Assembly (NCBI GenBank): GCA_963823665.1
Contig: CAWGMQ010000004.1
Coordinates: 96,001-160,000 of the forward strand
Direction of reading: 5' to 3'
Origin: an uncultured Planctomycetota bacterium
GTDB lineage: Bacteria > Planctomycetota > Planctomycetia > Isosphaerales > Isosphaeraceae
DNA length: 64,000 nucleotides
Below, in pieces: positions 52,103-61,379 of the stretch (within the stretch, counting starts at the first letter, position 1; every line of letters begins with the position of its first letter). A model generated the notes under the pieces. That model ran no database searches and was not told the origin of the DNA. It worked only from the letters and a program-made list of their open reading frames with translations. Position numbers and translations under genes: made by a program.

Positions 52103-55048
52103 ATGGCCAGCACGCGACTTGGGACCGCCTTGCGGCAGATCCAGCGCCTTTTCGTCGACGGGGCCGGCGTCGGGCTCACCGATGCCCAACTGTGGGAGCG
52201 GTTCGCGACCGAGCGCGACGCGGATGCGTTCGCGGCGCTCGTGGAACGGCACGGGCGCACAGTACTCGCCGTCTGCCGCGGCGTTCTGAATGACCCGAGC
52301 CATGCGGAGGATGTCTTCCAGGCGACGTTTCTGGTGCTGCTGCGCAAGGCCGGTTCATTGTGGGCTGTGAACGGCTCGCTCGCGAGCTGGCTCTATCGCG
52401 TCGCGTTCCGCATCGCGATCGAGGCGAATCGGGGCGATGCAAGGCGCCGTGCGGTGGAAAGGCGGGCCGCAGAGATGGTGAATCCGGATTCGGGCCGGGC
52501 CGAGCCCGGACATGACTTCCTCCCGGCGCTCCACGAGGAAATCGGCCGGTTGCCGGAGAAGTATCGAGCGCCGATTGTACTCTGTCATCTCGAGCAGATG
52601 ACACACGCGGAGGCGGCGCACCAACTGGGTTGGACCGTGGGGACGGTGCGAGGCCGCGTGGCGCAGGCGCGCGACCTGTTGCGGACGCGACTGACCCGAC
52701 GCGGGCTCATGCTCTCGGGCACCGTTCTGACAACTGTGTTCTCAAATCAGGCCGCGCAGGCGGTGGTCCCGAGTGAGTGGATCGAAACGATGGTCGAGGC
52801 GGCGACCAGAGTCACCGCGGGTCAAGCAGCGGCCGGGACGGTCTCGGCGGCCGCGGTCGCCTTGAGCGAGCGTCTGACAAGGGGCCTGTTTATCACCAAA
52901 GCGATCTGGACCGCGGCAGCGCTTCTGGTCGCCGGTGGTGCGGCCGGCGTGGCGCTCTCTCTCGGCGCAGCACGGAAGGATGACGGAAGGCGCGCCGCTT
53001 TGAGGCCGCCGGCCGCGGTCTCACGGACGAACGCCGCCGCCGCGAAGGCGCCTGAAGCCGCGGACGACGCGAAACCGGTGCCGATCTCAGGACGCGTTCT
53101 CGGTCCGGATGGCAAGCCGGTGCCCGGGGCGGGCATCTATATTCGACATAGACACTTTACCGACCTGGGGCAGGAGGGACGCGCGGTCGAGCGAGTGGCG
53201 GAGTCGGGGCCGGACGGACGGTTCCGGTTCGACCTCGACCCCTCGAAGAGCAACGTGAGCTGGCCGCCGGCGGACGGCCCGGCCTGGCACAGCGCCACGA
53301 TCGCCGCGTTTATCCCGGGCCACGGCGCCGACTGGGTCTCCGCGGGGGACGCGGCGCGGGCTGGGGCGGAGCTTCACCTGGTGCCTGATGATGTGCCGGT
53401 GAGCGGCCGGATCATCGACAGTCAGGGCCGCGCGGTCGCGGGTGCCGGAGTGAGGGTGGAGCGGCTCGCCATTCCCGTGGCCGCGGACCTGGACTCCCTG
53501 CTGGCTTCGGGACGGCTGGACTGGGACGGCGTCACGGCCCAGATGATTCGACGACCAGAATGGTATCAACCGACCTGGATCGGCCGTGATGGAAACCTGC
53601 AGGCCGACGCGGAAGGCCGGTTCGTGATCGCAGGGGTGGGGCACGACCGGGTGGCGGTTCTGGCCATTGATGCGCCCGGCCTGGAGCGGGCTCATTTCGC
53701 GGTGCTCGTCCGCACGCCGCGAGTCGCCGGCACGGCACGCCCGCGATCCTCGCCGACGCTCGATCCGGTTGCCGGAGAGATGGGACTTGTTCTCCACGGG
53801 GCTTCGTTCGAACACGTGGTCGGGCCGAGCAAGCCGATCACGGGTCTCCTTCTCGCCAAGGGCACGGGCCAGCCCGCCGCGGGCGTCATCGTCGCAGGCC
53901 AGATCTGGGGGAACCCCTGGACGGTTGTCTTCGCCAAGACCGACGCGGGCGGGCGATTCCGCCTGGAGGGCCTGCCCAAGGCGGCGACGTACCATGTGGA
54001 CGTCCGCGTGCGGCCGGGCTCGCCTTATCTCGCCGCGCGGCCCGCGACAGTCAGCGACACCGAGGGACTCAAGCCCGTCGAAGTCTCGTTCGAGCTGCCG
54101 CCTGGCGTGCCTGTACGCGGCCGCATTATCGACAAGGAGACGCGTCTCTCGCTGCAGATCGAGCGGGCGGACTACTTCCCGCTGCCGAGTAACCGCGCTG
54201 GCAAGGATGCCACCCGGTTGTACGCCAGTGTCGAGGGCGAAACCTTTCTGCTCACGGTGCCGCCCGGCCAGGGCATGATCGTCGCGAAGGTCAGAGGCAA
54301 GCTGGCACCTTATCCCGCGGCGCGCCTCGACCCGGCCGACCGCGGTAAGGTGGTAGTCAAGGGCGAGGGCCAAGCCACGTTCGGAATTCCACTGTCGATC
54401 TACCACGCGTATCGCCTCGTGGATCTTCCGCCGGGCGACGGGACAGCCGCCATCGACCTGGAGGTGGCGGCAGTTCCCGGTCGGAGAGGCCAGATCGTCG
54501 GCTCGCCTCGGCGCGCCCTGACGGGCGTCAAGGCGCTGGGGCTCTCCTCCGATCGATACACAGTGCAGACAGTCGAGGGGAGTGTTTTCGAGGTCCGCGG
54601 ATTGAGAGCCGAGGAAAGTCGCGTCGTCGAGATGCGCAACGAGGAGCTGGGACTGGCGGGCGCGGCCACTGTCTCGGGTTCCGGGCCGGCGGATCAGCCG
54701 GTGATCGTCGAGCTCGCCCGCTGTGGGGCTCTCTCGGGGCGGATTCTCGATGAGGACGGCATACCCCTGCGCGGGGCGAAAGTGACCGCCACTGTGCTGC
54801 GTGAAGCGAGCATCTTGCCGGCGGACCCGGCTTTCCGGCCTCGCGAGGGAGAGGCTGACCGCGAGGGGCGCTTCCGCATCGATGGACTGACCCCGCTGCT
54901 GGACGTGCGGATCTTGTTCGAGGATCCGAATCATCCGCCTCGGAGATACGAGTCGAAGCCGGTGAAGGACCTGGGCCGGCTTGCCGTCAAGCCTGGCGAG
55001 GTGCGCGACCTCGGCGACATTCGCGTCCGGGCACAACAGATCCGGTGA
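52103..55048 (+). CDS. Membrane-anchored ECF sigma-70 factor with periplasmic carboxypeptidase-regulatory-like extension
   Basis: [34 protein letters not shown] and GTVRGR, a TM, then repeated GR..D..G.P domains; GAGGGAG RBS. Confidence 0.92.
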   Translation: MASTRLGTALRQIQRLFVDGAGVGLTDAQLWERFATERDADAFAALVERHGRTVLAVCRGVLNDPSHAEDVFQATFLVLLRKAGSLWAVNGSLASWLYRVAFRIAIEANRGDARRRAVERRAAEMVNPDSGRAEPGHDFLPALHEEIGRLPEKYRAPIVLCHLEQMTHAEAAHQLGWTVGTVRGRVAQARDLLRTRLTRRGLMLSGTVLTTVFSNQAAQAVVPSEWIETMVEAATRVTAGQAAAGTVSAAAVALSERLTRGLFITKAIWTAAALLVAGGAAGVALSLGAARKDDGRRAALRPPAAVSRTNAAAAKAPEAADDAKPVPISGRVLGPDGKPVPGAGIYIRHRHFTDLGQEGRAVERVAESGPDGRFRFDLDPSKSNVSWPPADGPAWHSATIAAFIPGHGADWVSAGDAARAGAELHLVPDDVPVSGRIIDSQGRAVAGAGVRVERLAIPVAADLDSLLASGRLDWDGVTAQMIRRPEWYQPTWIGRDGNLQADAEGRFVIAGVGHDRVAVLAIDAPGLERAHFAVLVRTPRVAGTARPRSSPTLDPVAGEMGLVLHGASFEHVVGPSKPITGLLLAKGTGQPAAGVIVAGQIWGNPWTVVFAKTDAGGRFRLEGLPKAATYHVDVRVRPGSPYLAARPATVSDTEGLKPVEVSFELPPGVPVRGRIIDKETRLSLQIERADYFPLPSNRAGKDATRLYASVEGETFLLTVPPGQGMIVAKVRGKLAPYPAARLDPADRGKVVVKGEGQATFGIPLSIYHAYRLVDLPPGDGTAAIDLEVAAVPGRRGQIVGSPRRALTGVKALGLSSDRYTVQTVEGSVFEVRGLRAEESRVVEMRNEELGLAGAATVSGSGPADQPVIVELARCGALSGRILDEDGIPLRGAKVTATVLREASILPADPAFRPREGEADREGRFRIDGLTPLLDVRILFEDPNHPPRRYESKPVKDLGRLAVKPGEVRDLGDIRVRAQQIR

Positions 55049-55064
55049 TCCAGGAGGCTCGACC

Positions 55065-55707
55065 ATGCGATCCTCGCTTGCGATCGCTCCCGTCGGGGAC
55101 GTGGACGATCTTTGGACCCCCTATGCTCCGTCGCAGGCCGAGCCGTGGGACCTTCGTCGCGTTGTGCACTTGCACCGCCGCGCCGGATTTGCCGCGACCT
55201 GGAGTGAGCTGCGGCGCGACCTGGAGGAGGGACCCGGGCCGAGCGCCCTCCGGCTGCTGGAAGGACGATCGCGGATCTCAGGCGTGCCGGATGACTTCGA
55301 GGAGATGGCCCGCCGCCTGGCGGACCAGGCGCTGGCGGGCGCTCGAGCTGCTCGACCCGCCGCCCAGCGCGCCTGTGCTGGCCGACTGGATGGCGCACAT
55401 GGGGCAGGACCTGTTCTACCCCCCCAATGTCGGCGGCTGGACCGGCGGCCGCGCCTGGTACACGACCCGGTCGGCGATCGGCCGCGCGAATTACGCGGCG
55501 GCGCTGGTCTCCGGCGAGGCAGTCGGCCTTTCCGGCGCGTTTGACCCGGGCGCGCTTGCGGCACGACATGGGCACGCGCGCGACCGCCGGTTCTTCGCCC
55601 GACTGCTGCGGGGGGCAGAGTCTCCCGAGGTGCCGCTCGACGCGGCCAGTCCGGCGCGGCTCGCCGTCGCCCGGTTGTTGTCGTCTCCGGAGGCTCAGCG
55701 GGCCTGA
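55065..55707 (+). pseudogene. DUF1800-like gene with a large internal deletion
   Basis: The N-terminal part (WDLRRVVHLHRRAGFAATW) abuts the C-terminal part (MGQDLFYPPNVGGW) out of frame near 55335; the central core is missing. Confidence 0.75.
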
Positions 55708-55729
55708 TCCTTTATTTCGGAGGTGAGCG

Positions 55730-55837
55730 GTGATCACACGCCGGGTGTTCGCCGCGATCCTCGAGGGCTGGCTCGGGCTGCCGGCAAAGGGCGCGCTGGG
55801 CGGGAACTTCGAGCCGTTGCCCTTCCTCGTTTCGTGA
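55730..55837 (+). pseudogene. DUF1501-like gene reduced to 35 codons
   Basis: GGAGG RBS, then MITRR|VFAAILEGWLGLPAKGALGGNFEPLPFLVS: a Tat-like start fused to the family's C-terminal motif. Confidence 0.65.
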
Positions 55838-55962
55838 ATCAAGCGCGCCCGTTGCGGCAGGATTGCGGGCCGGCTTTGCGGTGGAGACAATTGGCCATGG
55901 CGTGGGGCCAAGACCGGCGCGGCTGTGGTGATTTGTCGCGGATTTCCGCGAGCGGAGAACCG

Positions 55963-56748
55963 ATGTCAGGTACGCGATCTCATTCCCTCGAATCGATTGC
56001 TCTTCGCGTGGCGCGGCCGCTGGCGATCATCGTGGCATGGTGCTCGGTGCTGGCGCTGGGAATGCGTTACTTCTTTTCGCCGTTCGGCGCGGTGGAGGAA
56101 CCCACATTTAGCGACCTCGTCGGCTTCGGATTTGGATTTACGATTACTGGCGTTGTGGCGGCTTCAGTCGCGCTACTGGTGGCCGGGAGGAGGAGATGGG
56201 CTGCGGAAATCGCGCTGGCCGCAGGGGCGACGATGGCCATTGTGGCGGTTCTCGTCTATCTCGCATTGTGGGGGGCGCCCTGGACCCTCCGCAGCCGGAT
56301 GGACACGTGGTCGTTTCTGCGCCTTCAACAAGAGGTGCCCATGTCCGGCGAGGCGATCGAGAAATTCTACGCGCCGGTGGGAGTGGGAGTGGGCGCCATG
56401 GTTGGGGCGATCGCGGGAGGGCTGATCGTGGTCGCACGCCGGCGTCCGCGACTGGCGAGATGGACCGCCCTGGGCTTGCTCGTGATCTGCGCGACGGGGG
56501 CCGTGCGGCCGATCCTTTTCGACGCGGTGATCATTTGGGGAATGGTTATCAACTGGGTGTTCTGGACCGGCCCCATGACCCTGGAACACGTGTGGGCGAC
56601 GGCCACGATCTTCGGCGCAATCACCGGGGCATTCGGCGCGTGGCTGGCGATCCGGGTAGCTGGACGGTCGCGAGCAAGCGGCGTTTCGCGCGCGGCGGGC
56701 GCGGGGATTCCCGTCGTTTCCGCCGGCCCACAAAGCGGGGCAGAGTAG
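55963..56748 (+). CDS. Integral membrane hypothetical protein (6-7 TM)
   Basis: Hydrophobic segments throughout; GGAG RBS before ATG 55963. Confidence 0.7.
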   Translation: MSGTRSHSLESIALRVARPLAIIVAWCSVLALGMRYFFSPFGAVEEPTFSDLVGFGFGFTITGVVAASVALLVAGRRRWAAEIALAAGATMAIVAVLVYLALWGAPWTLRSRMDTWSFLRLQQEVPMSGEAIEKFYAPVGVGVGAMVGAIAGGLIVVARRRPRLARWTALGLLVICATGAVRPILFDAVIIWGMVINWVFWTGPMTLEHVWATATIFGAITGAFGAWLAIRVAGRSRASGVSRAAGAGIPVVSAGPQSGAE

Positions 56749-56778
56749 AAGCATGCGCCGTGACCTGATCGGAGTGCC

Positions 56779-56892
56779 ATGATGAGTATCCAGATCACGC
56801 TTACGCCGGAGGAGGAGCGAAAGCTTGCTCAGCTCGCCCGCGCGCGGGGGAAAGATCCGGCCACCCACGCGCATGGCGTGGTCGCCGCCTAA
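56779..56892 (+). pseudogene. Truncated ribbon-helix-helix/antitoxin-like gene
   Basis: MMSIQITLTPEEERKLAQLARARGKDPATHAHGVVAA*, with a GGAG RBS. Confidence 0.5.
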
Positions 56893-57019
56893 TTGAATTG
56901 TGCGTTCGATTCGTTCGTCGAATAACGGGACTAGGGACCCGCCGGGGTAGTGGTGAAGCGAAAGCAGAACGGAATCAGTAATCGACGCTAGATGTTCTCA
57001 TCCTGGTTCGCCGGCTTCC

Positions 57020-57631
57020 TCATTCTTGGACCCTTGAGCCAATCCGCGGGAAGAATTTTCCGGTTCGCCTGGCGTAGGCCCGGTATTCGTCGCCGAACCT
57101 CTCGATGAGCTTGGCCTCCTCGACGCGCGAGCGGATGGCAAGCATCGTCATGACGCCGGCGCCCAACAGGGCGAGAAGCCAGTTCGCAGTCAGCAGGCTC
57201 AGCGAGGTCAACCACAGGAAACCGACGTCATAGAACGGGTGACGCACCCAGCGGTAGGGGCCGTGCGTGACCAATGTGTGCTCGCGCCGGGTGACAACGG
57301 TGTCGGTGAGGTTCTTTCCCAGGCTGTGAAAGGTCCAGAATAAGAGAGGTGGCACGATAAACAGGCCGAGCGTCGCACCCGCCCAGCGGAGCCAGGCCGG
57401 CAGTGTGAGCGAACACGAAGACACCCAGGCGGGATTGATCAGGTAGGCGGCGAACAAGAGCCAGACCAGGACGCCGCACAGCCGAAGGGCCACCATGATC
57501 GGGATGCCTTCTTGGGTGCGATCGAGCCGTTCCCTGGTCGCCTGGGACTTGATTCGGAAGTTAAGGCCGATGGGCAGACAGAGAGCAATACTCGCAACGG
57601 CGACGGCCCGGAAGGTTGATTCGGTGGTCAT
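57020..57631 (-). CDS. Isoprenylcysteine carboxyl methyltransferase (ICMT/Ste14) family membrane protein
   Basis: HTLVTHGPYRWVRHPFY and EEAKLIERFGDEYRAY. Confidence 0.9.
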   Translation of the reverse strand: MTTESTFRAVAVASIALCLPIGLNFRIKSQATRERLDRTQEGIPIMVALRLCGVLVWLLFAAYLINPAWVSSCSLTLPAWLRWAGATLGLFIVPPLLFWTFHSLGKNLTDTVVTRREHTLVTHGPYRWVRHPFYDVGFLWLTSLSLLTANWLLALLGAGVMTMLAIRSRVEEAKLIERFGDEYRAYARRTGKFFPRIGSRVQE

Positions 57632-57652
57632 TGCTGCCCGATCCTCGTCCAA

Positions 57653-58045
57653 TCAGTGCCCAGCGCCGGTGAACAACGTTTTGTCATCGACGAAGCTGAT
57701 TGGATTGCCGAACGGGTCTTTCGCCCAGAACATGCGTTCTCCCCACGGCATTCGCTGGATGCCCCCTTCCACGATTGAACCGCCGGCATCAATTGCCCGC
57801 TGGTAGGTTGCATCGAGATCGGACACGGCGAAATAGAGATACTGCCGCGGATGGTGCTTCCAACCCTCTTCCAGGCCGTCGCCATCGGCCACTGGATCGT
57901 AGCAGGCGAGTACCGTGCCACCGCACTCGAAGTAGTGCCGGCCCGGTGAAACTCGCTCGCCGGGAATCCCCAGTACCAGGCCGTAGAAGGTCTTCGCCTT
58001 TTCGATTTCGGTGACCGGAAGGATGACGCGGAATAGCCTCGGCAT
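57653..58045 (-). CDS. VOC/glyoxalase family protein
   Basis: VILPVTEIEKAKTFY, LYFAVSDLD and PWGERMFWAKDPFGNPI. Confidence 0.92.
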   Translation of the reverse strand: MPRLFRVILPVTEIEKAKTFYGLVLGIPGERVSPGRHYFECGGTVLACYDPVADGDGLEEGWKHHPRQYLYFAVSDLDATYQRAIDAGGSIVEGGIQRMPWGERMFWAKDPFGNPISFVDDKTLFTGAGH

Positions 58046-58142
58046 GTGGTTCTCCCCGGGAGTGCATGTTGACCAGAGAAGTCTCCCGCTTAGAATGCAA
58101 ACATGACGTGAACCAGTCGTGGGCGCTGATTCACAAGCGCAG

Positions 58143-58730
58143 TTAAGCCTTCGCGAGCTCCGGCGCAATCTCGATTGGTTTGAGCGTGGCGAAGTCGAAG
58201 TCTTCGAACCTCAATCGGAGCTCGAGACCGTTCGTGAACAGGATCGAGTGACGGAACTCGTACCCATCGCCCATGGGGATTAAATCGACTTCATCGTATA
58301 ACCACTCAAGATTGGGAGATTGATCGTCTCCAGCATATTGGTGGAGGTGGGCTTCCTCGATCAATGCACATCGGTATTGAAGGACAAGAATCTCCCTCGG
58401 CGGTGTGTCCAACTGAAGATGGATCCAGAACGACGGCAATCGGCCATCGTGCGGGGTTTGCTGCGCTCCGAGAGTCAGGTCCGCGAGGTTGCCATTTCCC
58501 AGCTCGCCAGGCGCGCAGATACCGAAGGGCGAATGGGAGATTACCCGCGCATCGTGAAGGTAGTGCTGTTCGATTAGCGCCCGCAAGCGTTGTGGCAGTT
58601 TCTCAGCGATTTCGTTTAACTGTCGCAGATACTCTCGCGATCGTAATTCGAACTCCTGGTGAGCTTCGAATGCGACGTTGTCATCTTCGGAGCCGAATCG
58701 CTCGAGCAGGTCGGGTGTGAAGAATCTCAT
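58143..58730 (-). CDS. Acidic hypothetical protein, candidate immunity/antitoxin
   Basis: MRFFTPDL, YLHDARV and WLYDEVDL...HSILFTNG; ATGA-coupled to the upstream gene; lower GC. Confidence 0.7.
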   Translation of the reverse strand: MRFFTPDLLERFGSEDDNVAFEAHQEFELRSREYLRQLNEIAEKLPQRLRALIEQHYLHDARVISHSPFGICAPGELGNGNLADLTLGAQQTPHDGRLPSFWIHLQLDTPPREILVLQYRCALIEEAHLHQYAGDDQSPNLEWLYDEVDLIPMGDGYEFRHSILFTNGLELRLRFEDFDFATLKPIEIAPELAKA

Positions 58731-59116
58731 GGCTTCTTCCTTGCCTTGCGGCGATCGGTTTCGTAGAAGGCGTGTCCGTGTGGTGAGCGTGACTTTTGGT
58801 GAAAGTGCGGCAGGGCCATCAGTCCTGCGGTGCTGGTGTGCGGGAACTGGGGCTTGCTGGGTACTCCCACCTGGACCTCGATTCCGTAGGCTCGGGCGCG
58901 ATTCGCCGTCGTTTGGATACCGCGAACCACGATGTCCTGCCCGTTCCGCCTCCGCGTTATCGCTGTGGCTTCGTCGATTTCTTGCCCGTATTCTACGGCA
59001 CCGGAGGGGCCTGAAGCCAGTTCAGCCTCGTGGATGGTCGTTGCAGGTGAGGCCGCGGAGTGCTCAGTTGGTTGAATGGCTTCGTCATCGACGCTTTCGT
59101 TTTTATCGTCGGTCAC
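58727..59116 (-). CDS. His-rich small protein, candidate toxin nuclease domain
   Basis: RRRNGQDIVV...PH...ALPHFHQ...GHAFYE with a basic tail; GGGAG RBS before GTG. Confidence 0.65.
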   Translation of the reverse strand: MTDDKNESVDDEAIQPTEHSAASPATTIHEAELASGPSGAVEYGQEIDEATAITRRRNGQDIVVRGIQTTANRARAYGIEVQVGVPSKPQFPHTSTAGLMALPHFHQKSRSPHGHAFYETDRRKARKKP

Positions 59117-59159
59117 GTTAACTCCCGAAACGATTCCAGAACGGCCTCATGGGCGCGCA

Positions 59160-60068
59160 TCAACGAAGGATACTTACACGCGGCAGAGCCCGTTGCAACT
59201 CCGCCGCTCCGGCGTTGGTGACATCAGTGAATCGTAGATCAAGGGACGACAGCTTGCTCAGTCGCTTGAGCTGCGAGAGGGCCGCGTCCGTGATCTCCGT
59301 GCGCGAGAAATCAAGCTTCGTGAGATTTGTCAGACCCCGCAGATGGGCGGCCCCGGCGTCGGTGATCTTCAAACGCCCAAGCTCGAGCTCCGCGAGGTTT
59401 GTCAGCCCCGTCAGGTGGGCAAGCCCGGCGTCGGTGATCCGTACATTGTTGGCACCGATGCGGGAAAGGTTGGTCGATCCGATCGCGGCGGGCTCTCCGA
59501 GGCGAAGACAGGAGAGGTTGGTCAATCCTTTCAGGTGGGCAAGCCCGGTGTCGGTGACCCGAGTTTGCGAGAGGTCGAGTTCCGAGAGGCGCGTGAGCCC
59601 TTTCAGGTGCGCAAGCCCGTCGTTGGTGACGTCGGTGGAGCTGAGGTCAAGGCATGAAAGTTGGGATAGAACCTTGAGATCCGCCGTGAATGCAGTGCCG
59701 TTTCTGATGGTCGACTTAAGAACTTTTCGTCGCCGCCACTGCTCGAATTGTCCAAGCACAAGATCCATTCCCCTTTGCCAATACGAGACTCGAGTGACGT
59801 GACCGAAGTAATCCAATCCGACGAGGTCCACCAACCGCTTGGGCGCCCAAGGCTTTCCTCCCGATATCGGCGTTCCGTTGCTCCATTCCCAGTTGTAATT
59901 GACTTCGCCGCCAGCTTTGGTGATTGCCGCCACGGCCTCACGCTGGATACGTGCGCTCCGGACGAGCCATCCCAGCGCGGCCCCGATCGCAAGCACAAGT
60001 AAGATCAGACCCCGCACGCTGAAGCGGAGGAGTTTTCGCGGAGTACGAGCGACGGGGCTGGCCTGCAT
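59160..60068 (-). CDS. Membrane-anchored LRR protein (paralog 9, about 6-7 repeats)
   Basis: LLRFSVRGLILLVLAIG, YNWEWSNG, GKPWAP and GLDYFGHVT; one repeat carries an insertion. Confidence 0.9.
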   Translation of the reverse strand: MQASPVARTPRKLLRFSVRGLILLVLAIGAALGWLVRSARIQREAVAAITKAGGEVNYNWEWSNGTPISGGKPWAPKRLVDLVGLDYFGHVTRVSYWQRGMDLVLGQFEQWRRRKVLKSTIRNGTAFTADLKVLSQLSCLDLSSTDVTNDGLAHLKGLTRLSELDLSQTRVTDTGLAHLKGLTNLSCLRLGEPAAIGSTNLSRIGANNVRITDAGLAHLTGLTNLAELELGRLKITDAGAAHLRGLTNLTKLDFSRTEITDAALSQLKRLSKLSSLDLRFTDVTNAGAAELQRALPRVSILR

Positions 60069-60080
60069 TGTGACCGCCCT

Positions 60081-60428
60081 TCATGAATAAACTTCGGTGT
60101 TCGATCCGGGACGGCACACATGAGGGGGAGGCGACCGCTCTTGCAACTCAGAAGCATTCTGTAGTTCGTTCACTCCAGCGTCGGTGACCTTGGTCCCTCG
60201 AAGGTCGAGCACCGAGAGTCGCGTGAGATTTTTCAGATTCAACAGGCCGACGTCGGTGATCTGTGTGTGCGAGAGACTGAGTTTCGAAAGGCTGGTCAGC
60301 CGATTCAGATGTGCGAGGCCGGCGTCGGTGATCTGAGTGCTGACGAGCACGAGAACGATCAGGCCGCGCAGGCTGAATCGCAAGTGTTTTCGCCAGGATC
60401 GCGACGCCGTGCGGGATTGATCGGACAT
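60081..60428 (-). pseudogene. Internally deleted LRR gene (paralog 10)
   Basis: WRKHLRFSLRGLIVLVLV is fused in frame directly to STQITDAGL; the second half of the TM and the cap are missing, and the C-terminus is aberrant. Confidence 0.8.
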
Positions 60429-60533
60429 GGCGGGATCCTGCGATCTGAGGGTCGATGTCGGATGGCGCCACTCATTATCCGGCGTGCGCGAGGCGATTTG
60501 GAAGAACGTGCTCGATCTGATGGCCGTGCCAGA

Positions 60534-61265
60534 TCAACGTGAGATCTGCAGGCTGGGCAACGCTCGCTGTAGTTCTTTGACCCCGGCGTCGGTGACCCTG
60601 GTGCCGGTGAGGCTCAATTGCGAGAGATTGTCCAGCCGCTTGAGGTGCACAAGGCCGGCGTCGGTGACACGGGTGCCATCGAGGCGCAGTGTCGAGAGAT
60701 TGGTCAGCCCCTCCAGATGCACCAGCCCGGCGTCGGTGACACGGGTGCCGTCGATGTCGAGAGTCGTGAGCTTGGTCAGCCCCTTCAGATGCGCCAAGCC
60801 GGCGTCGGAGATTCGCGTGCCCTCAAGGTTGAGCCGCGACAGGTTGCCGAGCGCTGACAGATGCGCGAGACCTGCGTCGCTGACGGATGACTGGTCGAGC
60901 CGCAGTTGTTGCAGGCCGAAGAGACGCCCGACATGCTCGAGGGCCAAATCGGTTCCCGCCCAGGATCCGTTGAGCCAGACAACGGTGACATGACTGAGAT
61001 AGTCGACGCCAATCCGATTCACGAGCCATCCTGGCTTCGGGACCCTCGCGGAATGGACCAAGTTGGTTTTCGTCCATCCCTGGTCGTACTTGACCAGACC
61101 GCCGGCGCGCATGATCGCCGCCACCGCGTCGCGCTGAATTCGCGCGCTCCGCACGATCCAACCCATCGAGCCGCCGAGCAAGAGCACCAGGACGATCAGG
61201 CCGCGGACGCTGAAGCGCAGCAAACTTCGACCGGAACGCGAGGCGGGCTTGGGCTGATCAGGCAT
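60534..61265 (-). CDS. Membrane-anchored LRR protein (paralog 11, about 5 repeats)
   Basis: LLRFSVRGLIVLVLLLGG, GVDYLSHVT and near-identical GTRVTDAGL repeats. Confidence 0.92.
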   Translation of the reverse strand: MPDQPKPASRSGRSLLRFSVRGLIVLVLLLGGSMGWIVRSARIQRDAVAAIMRAGGLVKYDQGWTKTNLVHSARVPKPGWLVNRIGVDYLSHVTVVWLNGSWAGTDLALEHVGRLFGLQQLRLDQSSVSDAGLAHLSALGNLSRLNLEGTRISDAGLAHLKGLTKLTTLDIDGTRVTDAGLVHLEGLTNLSTLRLDGTRVTDAGLVHLKRLDNLSQLSLTGTRVTDAGVKELQRALPSLQISR

Positions 61266-61379
61266 GTGGCAACCATCAGGGTCGGTCGCAAGTTTGCTTT
61301 GACGAAGTCAGTCTATTCAACCGATGGAGAAGAACGGAATAAGGAAGCCAGGAACGGATGGAAGTGGATCCGCACGTAT

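Noticed and set aside
53087..55066. 659-aa minus-strand ORF, and similar long ORFs (1570..2676 +, 4925..5992 +, 24701..25999 +, 40142..42890 +, 42646..44160 +, 62330..63499 -)
   Set aside because: Antisense or alternate-frame shadows of well-supported genes in high-GC DNA; no recognisable motifs.
57020..59160. Integron cassette array (small co-oriented genes; GCTTAAC at the 58143 stop)
   Set aside because: No matching GTTRRRY with an attC-like palindrome downstream, and no integrase in the window.
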